Part shown: positions 18,766-26,249 of the stretch, in pieces
Position numbering within the stretch: position 1 is the stretch's first letter
Layout: the number at the start of each line of letters is the position of its first letter
Origin: Pedosphaera sp.
GTDB taxonomy: Bacteria; Verrucomicrobiota; Verrucomicrobiia; Limisphaerales; UBA9464
Assembly: GCA_009695205.1 (NCBI GenBank)
Contig: SIBK01000009.1
Span: forward strand, 4,964 to 68,963
Length of the DNA: 64,000 nt
Direction of reading: 5' to 3'
The notes under the pieces: generated by a model
Databases searched by the model: none
Seen by the model: only the letters and a program-made list of their open reading frames with translations
What the model was told of the DNA's origin: nothing
Program-made: the position numbers and the translations under genes

Positions 18766-20112
18766 ATGAACACTTGCATTACGCGCCGACGCTTCATCCA
18801 ATCCACGGCCCGGGCAGCGACAGTCTTCACCATTCTCAAATCGGGTTCCGCTCGTACGTACGCCGCGAACGAGAAGCTCAACATTGCTTCCATCGGCGCG
18901 GGAGGCCAGGCGGCGGGCGACATCGGCCAGCTTGCGAGCCAGAACATCGTGGCGCTCTGTGATGTGGACTGGCGGCACGCGGCCGGCACGTTCGCAAAAT
19001 TTCCGGATGCGAAGAAGTTCAAGGATTATCGGAAGATGCTCGACACAATTCATAGCGAGGTCGACGCGGTGATTGTGGGGACTCCGGATCATCATCACTT
19101 CTTCGCTTCGATGGCAGCCGTCCGGCTGGGCAAGCACGTTTACTGCGAGAAACCGCTCACGCACTCGGTCTGGGAAGCGCGCGAACTCACCCAAACCGCG
19201 CGCGAAGCAAAGGTCGCCACCCAAATGGGGAACCAGGCGCAGGCTTCCGAGGAAACACGCCGGCTTCAAGAGTTCGTTATGGACGGTGTCATCGGGCCGA
19301 TTCGCGAAGTTCACATCTGGACGGACCGACCGTCGCGCGGCCTGTTCGCCGAATACTGGCCGCAGGGTGTGACCCGGCCTTCGGATTCGCCCGCCGTGCC
19401 GGACACGCTGGACTGGGATTTGTGGCTCGGGCCGGCGCCGTGGCGCCCGTATCATCCGGCCTATCTTCCAGCGAAGTGGCGCGGATGGTTGGATTTTGGG
19501 ACGGGCGCGCTGGGCGACATCGCATGTCATTATTTCGATCCGGTCTTCCGCGCCTTGAAGCTCGGCGCACCGATCAGCGTCGAGGCATCCTCGACGCGTG
19601 TGAACGAGGAGACGTATCCGCTGGGTTCCATGGTCACGTATCAATTTCCGGCGCGCGGCGAAATGCCCGCGTTGAAACTGGTATGGTACGACGGCGGGTT
19701 GCGTCCACCGCGTCCGCCGCAGATGCAGGACAAAGATCCCATGGGCGATAACGGCCACCTGCTCGTTGGCGACAAGGGCATCATCACCACGGACTGGAGC
19801 AAGTGGCGTATTTATCCCGAGAAACTCGCCAGGGAATACGGCGAGCCCCCAAAGCGGCTGCCGCGCTCACCGGGTCACCATCAGGAATGGATCAACGCGT
19901 GCAAAGGCGGACCGAAGGCGGGATCGAACTTTGACTGGGCCGGGCCCATGACGGAGACGGTGCTGCTCGGAAATGTCGCGTTGCGAAAGCAACTCCGGGA
20001 ACGACTGACCCTTGCGCCCTTGAAGTGGGATCCGGAGAAGGGTGCTTTCAGCAATGTTTCCGAGGCGAATCAGTTTCTCCGCCGTGAGTATCGTCCGGGA
20101 TGGACGGTCTGA
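18766..20112 (+). CDS. Gfo/Idh/MocA family oxidoreductase with twin-arginine signal
   Basis: 448-aa ORF. TAT-like N-terminus (TRRRFIQSTARAATVF). Rossmann motif LNIASIGAGGQAAGD, plus VDAVIVGTPDHHH and EKPLTH. Confidence 0.9.
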   Translation: MNTCITRRRFIQSTARAATVFTILKSGSARTYAANEKLNIASIGAGGQAAGDIGQLASQNIVALCDVDWRHAAGTFAKFPDAKKFKDYRKMLDTIHSEVDAVIVGTPDHHHFFASMAAVRLGKHVYCEKPLTHSVWEARELTQTAREAKVATQMGNQAQASEETRRLQEFVMDGVIGPIREVHIWTDRPSRGLFAEYWPQGVTRPSDSPAVPDTLDWDLWLGPAPWRPYHPAYLPAKWRGWLDFGTGALGDIACHYFDPVFRALKLGAPISVEASSTRVNEETYPLGSMVTYQFPARGEMPALKLVWYDGGLRPPRPPQMQDKDPMGDNGHLLVGDKGIITTDWSKWRIYPEKLAREYGEPPKRLPRSPGHHQEWINACKGGPKAGSNFDWAGPMTETVLLGNVALRKQLRERLTLAPLKWDPEKGAFSNVSEANQFLRREYRPGWTV

Positions 20113-20230
20113 GAGCAGAGTCTTCATCCGTGGACTCGTAAAGAGGTCAAGCCCGGAATTTGGCTCCGTCCTGCAGTGGACGATCCCCAACCTTTAACGC
20201 CCCAAGCCCCAGTCCCAACAACCGTTGCGC

Positions 20231-20258
20231 TTGCCCATTGCCCATTGCCCGTTGCCCG
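20231..20258. repeat. Heptanucleotide microsatellite (TTGCCCR)x4
   Basis: TTGCCCA TTGCCCA TTGCCCG TTGCCCG, read directly from the sequence in the intergenic space between the oxidoreductase gene and vapC. Confidence 0.6.
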
Positions 20259-20333
20259 TGCGCCCGCTTGGCCTCGCCGCTGTAGGTCGTGGACCGTCCT
20301 TTTCCCAATGTCTCTTTGATATAAAAGGATCTA

Positions 20334-20777
20334 TCATCCTGGCTGCGCACGTCCGGGACAGACCACTTTGAAACCAGCCTTGATGGCGGCCCTGACCTGC
20401 GCGTCGTCATGGGTCATCAGTCGCGAAATGCCCAATTCCTCCATCGCCGCCAAATGCAGTCGATCCAACGAACGGCAATGAATCCTTGCGGAAGCCCGAT
20501 GTTGGCGCAAGGCGGTTTGAAAGAGAGCCATCGGCAATTTCCGGAAGTCGAAAGGCGCCAAGGTTCGCATCAGTTCAAATCGGGCTTCGGCCTGACGGGC
20601 GTGCCTCCGGGAAAGGCGGCCTCCCGTCCAGGCGCCCTTCAGTTGCACCTGCATCTCAAGTTCCGCGAGAGAAGAGATTTGAACGGATTCCTCACCGTCG
20701 ATTGCCAACCATACCGCTTCACTCAAGGGCTCTGGACGGAGCACTTTCAAGAGGCAACTGGTATCGATGTAGATCAT
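20334..20777 (-). CDS. vapC: PIN-domain ribonuclease toxin (VapC family)
   Basis: 147-aa ORF starting MIYIDTSCLLK (first acidic residue). Further conserved acidic residues: SSLAELE and SLDRLHLAAM...THDD. It lies 4 bp downstream of a small antitoxin-like ORF. Confidence 0.85.
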   Translation of the reverse strand: MIYIDTSCLLKVLRPEPLSEAVWLAIDGEESVQISSLAELEMQVQLKGAWTGGRLSRRHARQAEARFELMRTLAPFDFRKLPMALFQTALRQHRASARIHCRSLDRLHLAAMEELGISRLMTHDDAQVRAAIKAGFKVVCPGRAQPG

Positions 20778-20781
20778 TCGC

Positions 20782-21042
20782 CTAGATCAGTGAACGCTCC
20801 GCTCGATCGGCTGCGAGTTCATCATCACTGCTAGAAAACACTCGGCCGCCGTAGACCTTTTTGATCCACTTCCGATGTTCCTCAGGATTCCAATGTTTGC
20901 GCTGGGCGGGTTGGATTTCGACGCGGACGAGTTTTGCAACGGGCTTGGAATCGCGCGTGATGAGGATCTCCGTCTCCAACTGCAAGGCCGCCTCAGCCTC
21001 CGGCCATCGTTGGCGTAGCGCCCGGATCGTCATCGTTTTCAT
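20782..21042 (-). CDS. Type II antitoxin (Phd/YefM- or VapB-like) partner of the PIN toxin
   Basis: 86-aa ORF directly upstream of vapC. The N-terminus MKTMTIRALRQRWPEAEAAL...ILITRDSKPVAKLV is typical of Phd/YefM-type antitoxins. Confidence 0.7.
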   Translation of the reverse strand: MKTMTIRALRQRWPEAEAALQLETEILITRDSKPVAKLVRVEIQPAQRKHWNPEEHRKWIKKVYGGRVFSSSDDELAADRAERSLI

Positions 21043-21258
21043 GGGTCAATGAGTAACATGTTTCACGCTCCCGTCAAGATACGTAGCTGTCGCCGTGAGC
21101 AGACGCTAGCCAATCTGCTCGCAAATCCACGCGCGTCGATTCCGGGAACTCCGCCTCGCTCACGACATCATAGAGTCCGTGTCTTCATCCGTGGAATCCG
21201 CAGGTGAGGCACACCCATTTGATTCAGGTCAAAGGATTGTGCAAAGACTGCCGGCGAT

Positions 21259-22781
21259 TTGACCGGAGTCAAAGGGAGGCGTTCTCTCTGGTGTCAGTGT
21301 GCGCTCAAGAAAGACAATCTTGTGATCACCCTCAGCCAGATAAGCCGGAAGAGTTTTGAAGCAGACAGCCCCTGTGGAATCGCACTCACGGCGCCGCCTG
21401 CGGGGGCGTCCGAGGCAACGTCGGTCGAACAGCAGTCCTGGATCCTCTCCCTGGATTATTCGTTGACCCGTCGCGCGCTGAGTTTAGCCATTGGAAGTCT
21501 GCTTCTCGCGGGTTGTTTTTCCCTGCTGCTGATCGTCTGGTTCTTCTCCTTTGCCGCGGCCCTTTATTCGTTATTGCCCGGAGAAAAGTCGGGCCATGCG
21601 ATGTTTCGCGCAGGCTTTGCCGTCGCGTGTGGCGGGGTGCTGACAATGGTTGCGGGAACCATGATTCCGGGCACTCGCCGGTGCTGGCCAACTACGTGCC
21701 GGTCATCGATAATCCGGTGTATATCACGGGTGTGGCGCTGTTCTTCGCTGGCCTGCTGCTGTGCTTCTTGAACGAGCGCTTGTTCGTCCGCTCGCTCGAT
21801 GCTTCTCAACAGGCCCCTCCTTCAGTCTGGGACCCGTTTCGGGTCACGCCGGATGTTGTGACGGCATTGAAGACCACTGCGCTGGCCTATCTCGTGGCGA
21901 TGACCACTTTTCTAGTATCGTGGGCGGCGACGCCACACGAATTGGAAGCTAAGGCCTACTATGAGCTCGTGTTCTGGGGCGGTGGGCATGTGCTGCAGGT
22001 GGCGAACGTGGCTGCAATGCTTGCGGTATGGCTATTGTTGCTCTCATCGCTATTGAAGTCCCCAGTTCTATCGGCCAAGACGGCGCAGGTGTTGTTTGCA
22101 CTCTTGCTCGCACCGCATCTGATTGGGCCCCTCCTCACCCTAAACGGAACGCTCACGTCGACGTATCGTCTCGGGTTCACAAGGCTGATGCAATTAGGCA
22201 TCGCTCCGGTGGTGGTGATTCTCTTAGGGATTTGCGTGCGACGCCTCCGGGCAGCATGGCGTGGTGGAGTCATTGGGAAGAAGAATTTGTACGACCCACG
22301 CCTGGTCGGATTTGTCGCGAGCGCGGCGCTAACGGTTACAGGCTTCCTGATGGGGTCGGCCATTCGTAATTCCAACACGATGATCCCAGCGCACTATCAT
22401 GCCTCCATCGGCGCGGTAACAGTCGCGTTCATGACCATCACCTATCTCCTGCTCAAGCCGCTCGGCTTCGTGCTGCCGGGAACGCGTCTGCCCAGGCTGA
22501 TACCCTGGCAGATCTGCCTCTTCGGCTTCGGTCAGGTGATTTTCGCCATCGGTTTTGGTCTAGGCGGCATGCACGGCCTGAGCCGCAAGGCTTATGGGGT
22601 CAAGCAACACATCCGGTCGATGGGCGAGGTGATCGGCCTTGGCGTGATGGGTGTGGGCGGACTCATCGCCGTTGCGGGCGGACTGTTGTTCCTGCTGCTG
22701 ATGATCTATGCGGGGCAATCCCGAATCCCGGTTGGCATTCCCCAACCTAAACTCGAATCCATGGCAAGGAGTAACGTATGA
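21259..22781 (+). pseudogene. Degenerate heme-copper oxidase subunit I paralog
   Basis: ORFs 21259-21771 and 21513-22781 join by a frameshift near 21670. The product is multi-TM and aligns by eye with the downstream subunit I: FWGGGHVLQVANVAAM vs WWGLGHMSQQVNVCAM; LAPHLIG vs SAHHLLV; IPAHYHAS vs IPGHFHVT. The segment corresponding to ...WFYRILTLHGLNML (low-spin heme His) is missing, and one CuB His is replaced (HH becomes PH). Confidence 0.6.
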
Positions 22782-22888
22782 GTGAACCAAACAAAAAGCA
22801 CCCGATACAGAAATTGATGGACAACACCTGGCTGTTGCTGGCGCTAGGCATTTTGATCCCGTTTCTTTCCTACACCGTGTGGGGTTGA
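22778..22888 (+). CDS. 36-aa single-TM peptide, possible small oxidase subunit (subunit IIa-like)
   Basis: Manual translation gives MSEPNKKHPIQKLMDNTWLLLALGILIPFLSYTVWG followed by a stop. Its ATG overlaps the upstream stop (ATGA at 22778-22781). It is too short for the ORF track. The position before subunit II mirrors ba3-type operons. Confidence 0.35.
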   Translation: MSEPNKKHPIQKLMDNTWLLLALGILIPFLSYTVWG

Positions 22889-22945
22889 ATCGAGATCCTG
22901 CTGGTCAAACCGGCGACTCTTCCGTGAAAGCCAACCTGAGGATCC

Positions 22946-23500
22946 ATGATGAGTCAACCTTCTCGCAGCAGCATTGAATGTCCGGCGCCGGATTGGTTCA
23001 AGGTGCCCACTGGCAACGAGCGGATCTGGATCGGCCTCGCCCTCTGTTGGTGCATGGTTATGTCCCTGATGATGCCCTACTGGCACTTCAAGGGAAAACA
23101 GAACAGCTCCGGTGAATCCTATTCGGTGAAGCCCGCTGATTTCACAAAACGCACGGAGAAATTCATCCTGGCGAATACAGGTGCCGAGTCACTTCTGGAA
23201 GAAGGCCTCGCCCCAATCGTCCCCGCGCCGCCAGGCGATGTCTATTTGATTGCCAAACAATATTTCTGGTTCCCGATCCTCAAGCTGCGCGCAGGAGAAG
23301 TCTACCGGTTGCACATTTCTTCGGTCGATTTTCAACACGGCTTTTCGCTACAGCCCATAAACATGAACTTCCAGGTCGTGCCGGGCTTTGATCACGTTCT
23401 CACCATCACGCCCCAGGCGCCGGGTACCTACCCGATTGTCTGCAACGAATTCTGCGGCATCGGGCACCAGAATATGGTCGGTAAAATCATTGTTGAGTAA
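22946..23500 (+). CDS. Heme-copper oxidase subunit II, cupredoxin domain with CuA site
   Basis: 184-aa ORF with one N-terminal TM helix. CuA ligand pattern: H in FQHGF, then CNEFCGIGHQNM (C-x-E-x-C-x3-H-x2-M). Confidence 0.85.
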   Translation: MMSQPSRSSIECPAPDWFKVPTGNERIWIGLALCWCMVMSLMMPYWHFKGKQNSSGESYSVKPADFTKRTEKFILANTGAESLLEEGLAPIVPAPPGDVYLIAKQYFWFPILKLRAGEVYRLHISSVDFQHGFSLQPINMNFQVVPGFDHVLTITPQAPGTYPIVCNEFCGIGHQNMVGKIIVE

Positions 23501-23513
23501 GGAGAAACACCCC

Positions 23514-25241
23514 ATGAGTAACAATACAAATGGAAAACGGATTTGCGCAACCACCGGCCTGCCAATCTGCCTGGATGCCGAGTTCTTCATCAAATGCAAC
23601 GCCGTGCTCGGCATCGTGTTTCTCCTGATTGGCGGCATCGGCGCCCTTCTGCTGGCACTCACCCGGTGGCAAACCGTCCATCTCCTGCCCGTCGATTGGT
23701 TCTATCGCATACTGACGCTGCACGGGTTGAACATGCTAATTTTTTCGATCCTGTTCTATGAAGTGGCGATTCTCTATTTCGTCTCCACATCCCTGCTCAA
23801 TGCCAAGTTGGCTTCCGTCAAGACTGCATGGGTCTCCCTCATCATGATGGCCGTCGGCGCCGTGATGGTGGACGGGACGATCCTCGTGGGGCAAGCCGAC
23901 GTCATGATGACCTCCTATCTGCCGTTGCTGGCGCACCCGGCGTTTTATCTTGGCATCATTTTCGTAGCCGTAGGAACGCTCATCGCCGTAATCAATTACT
24001 TCGCCACACTCTACAAGGCCAAGAAGGAGAAGACCTATCAAGGCTCGGTCCCGCTGGTCGTCTTCGGGGCGACCGCTGCTGCGATTATTGCGGTGGTGAC
24101 TTTGTTGCATGGCGCGATCGTCATGATTCCGACGTTCCTATACTCGATGGGATGGATTGCGCAGCCCGATCCGATCTGGTATCGAATGACCTGGTGGGGC
24201 CTGGGCCACATGTCGCAGCAGGTCAACGTCTGCGCGATGGTCTCGGTGTGGTACCTGTTGGCGACACTCACCACGGGTGCGAAACCACTCAATGAAACAG
24301 TCTGCCGCGGCGCGTTCCTGCTCTACATCTTCTTCATCAATCTTGCTTCCGCCCATCATTTGCTCGTCGATCCGGCAATCAGTGCGGGTTGAAAGATATG
24401 GAACACCTCCTACGCGATGTATCTGGCGGTGCTGGCGTCGATGATCCACGGCTTCACGGTGCCCGCATCGGTGGAAGTGGCGATGCGTCATAACGGCTAC
24501 GTGAAAGGTTTGTTTGGCTGGCTCACAGGCGCACCGTGGCGGAACCCTGGTTTTTCCGCGTTCGTCCTTTCGCTTGTGATCTTCGGCTTTGGCGGCGGCA
24601 TCACCGGCGGCACGCTGGGCGCGCAGCAAATCAACATTATCGCCCACAACACACTGCGAATTCCCGGCCATTTTCATGTTACGGTGGTCGGCGGAACGAC
24701 GTTGGCGTTCATGGGGCTCGCTTTCTATGTGGTGCCGCTTTTGTTTCAACGGGAGTACATCTTCAAACCATTGGCGCGACTGCAGCCCTACCTTTTCGGA
24801 ATTGGCATTACGATTATGGCGATGGGCATGTCGTTCGCGGGCTCGATGGGAGTTGCTCGGCGGAGTTGGGATATCGAGGCCACCGGGTCAATCTACGGCT
24901 CGACGGCGCACTTGTTCCTCGCCTTGGTCGGCATTGGCGGCGTGTTGGCCTTCCTCGGTCTGCTGCTGTTCATTCTGTTGACCGTGGGCAGCCTGCTCTT
25001 CGGACGGTCCTGCGTCGGCAGGTCGATGGAAAGCTGGGGCACGCCTAAACCGCTCGGGCGAGAGGAACAGGAGCACGCGCCGGCCGGCACGCCCCGTGGC
25101 TCCGGCGCTCCCGCTATGGCGCTGGTGGAAGCGCACCCCACCCAAGGAACGATGACGCTCGCGATCGTCTTTCTTATGAGCTTCGCTGTCTATTACTTCG
25201 CCAACTGGAAAGCGCTGGCCGACGTCTGGCCGGTGCGGTAA
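23514..25241 (+). pseudogene. Heme-copper oxidase subunit I, B-family-like but without the cross-link Tyr; interrupted by one in-frame TGA
   Basis: ATG at 23514 preceded by AAGGAG. ORFs 23388-24392 and 24417-25241 are in the same frame, separated by TGA at 24390-24392. Motifs: LTLHG (heme b His); WWGLGHMSQQV (CuB His at 24207-24209, with Gln rather than Tyr at +4); SAHHLL (24354-24359); PGHFHV (24669-24677). GLFGWLTGAPWRNPGF resembles ba3 enzymes. Confidence 0.8.
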
Positions 25242-25272
25242 GGGAGATGTTGGCGGCGATGGAGACGCACCC

Positions 25273-26226
25273 ATGAACAGCATCCGTACAGCGCAGCCGG
25301 TGGACCGGTTCATTTCGGGGGCATCGGGATTCCTCTCGGGCGGTCGTTTTCCGGCCTTTGCGATCTGTGCGCTCGTTTTCTATCAGGTCTTCATCGCCGT
25401 GATGGCGTTCGTGCCGCCCACGGGCGGGGCGTGGGGTGACTTCCTCCAAGACTTTCGGATGCGCTGTTTCAAATTTGATCCAAAGAGTGGGTGGATGGAG
25501 ATGAGCCCGGTGTGGGTCCTGTTGAGCGAGCCGCTGCCGCTTCTGGCCATGTTCTATTTCATCTGGCGCACACCGCTGCATGAGTTGTCGGAGACGCGTC
25601 GCCGGGCATTCGCGCAGGCGGCTTGTTGTGCGCTGCTGTTGGTGAGTCTGATTGGCTTCAGCCTGATGGGATTGGGCCGCTCGCAGGCCACCTCAACCGA
25701 ACTTCCGTTCCCTGCCGTCAACTTGCGCAGCGCGCTGGTGATGCCGTCGTTCACACTCACCAACCAGGAGGGTCACGCCGTCTCGCTCGCCGACTTCAAG
25801 GGCCGCGTCGTGCTAGTCACCGCCGTCTATTCCACGTGCACCACCACCTGCCCGATGATGCTGACGAAAGTGCGCGCGGTCCTGGATCAGTTGACTCCTG
25901 CCGAGCACAACGACATGGCGGTGGTGGCGTTCTCGCTCAACCCGGAAGCCGACACTCTCGAATTGGGTGGCATGATCGCGAAAAGCTATGGAATGAAAGC
26001 GGAGTTCCATTTCGTGAATGGCGTTCCGTCCGAGGTAAATGCGGTGCTCGACACGCTGAATGTCGCACGCACGCGCGACGAGAAGAGCGGCCAGATTATG
26101 CACTCGAACCTTTTCTTCCTCCTCGACCGTGAAGGCCGCATCGCCTACCGCCTCTCCCTAAGCCAGAACGAAGCATCATGGCTCATCTCCGCCCTGCGCG
26201 TGCTATTGGTGGAAAAGTCGTCCTAA
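25273..26226 (+). CDS. SCO1/SenC family copper chaperone (thioredoxin fold) with an extended multi-TM N-terminus
   Basis: 317-aa ORF. CxxxCP motif in VYSTCTTTCPMM, with a downstream His (IMHSNLFFLLD). About 130 N-terminal residues contain several hydrophobic helices. Confidence 0.85.
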   Translation: MNSIRTAQPVDRFISGASGFLSGGRFPAFAICALVFYQVFIAVMAFVPPTGGAWGDFLQDFRMRCFKFDPKSGWMEMSPVWVLLSEPLPLLAMFYFIWRTPLHELSETRRRAFAQAACCALLLVSLIGFSLMGLGRSQATSTELPFPAVNLRSALVMPSFTLTNQEGHAVSLADFKGRVVLVTAVYSTCTTTCPMMLTKVRAVLDQLTPAEHNDMAVVAFSLNPEADTLELGGMIAKSYGMKAEFHFVNGVPSEVNAVLDTLNVARTRDEKSGQIMHSNLFFLLDREGRIAYRLSLSQNEASWLISALRVLLVEKSS

Positions 26227-26249
26227 CAAAGGGCGAACCGAGACGCGTG

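Noticed and set aside
22886-22888. Readthrough of the TGA ending the 36-aa peptide (the continuation would read ...VWG W IEILLVKPATLP)
   Set aside because: A 36-aa single-TM product is a perfectly plausible natural end, comparable in size to small oxidase subunits. The continuation is only 14 codons with no recognisable feature.
24390-24392. Genetic-code reassignment (TGA = Trp, or general stop-codon readthrough) as the explanation for in-frame stops at apparent Trp positions (24390, 41344)
   Set aside because: TGA terminates many intact genes at the expected length in this same window (the SbcD-like gene, the YhaN-like gene, ggt, the Gfo/Idh/MocA gene, the PSCyt/PSD gene). TAG and TAA also occur in frame in the same disrupted genes, together with frameshifts and deletions. 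Ordinary nonsense mutation (TGG to TGA/TAG) is the simpler reading.
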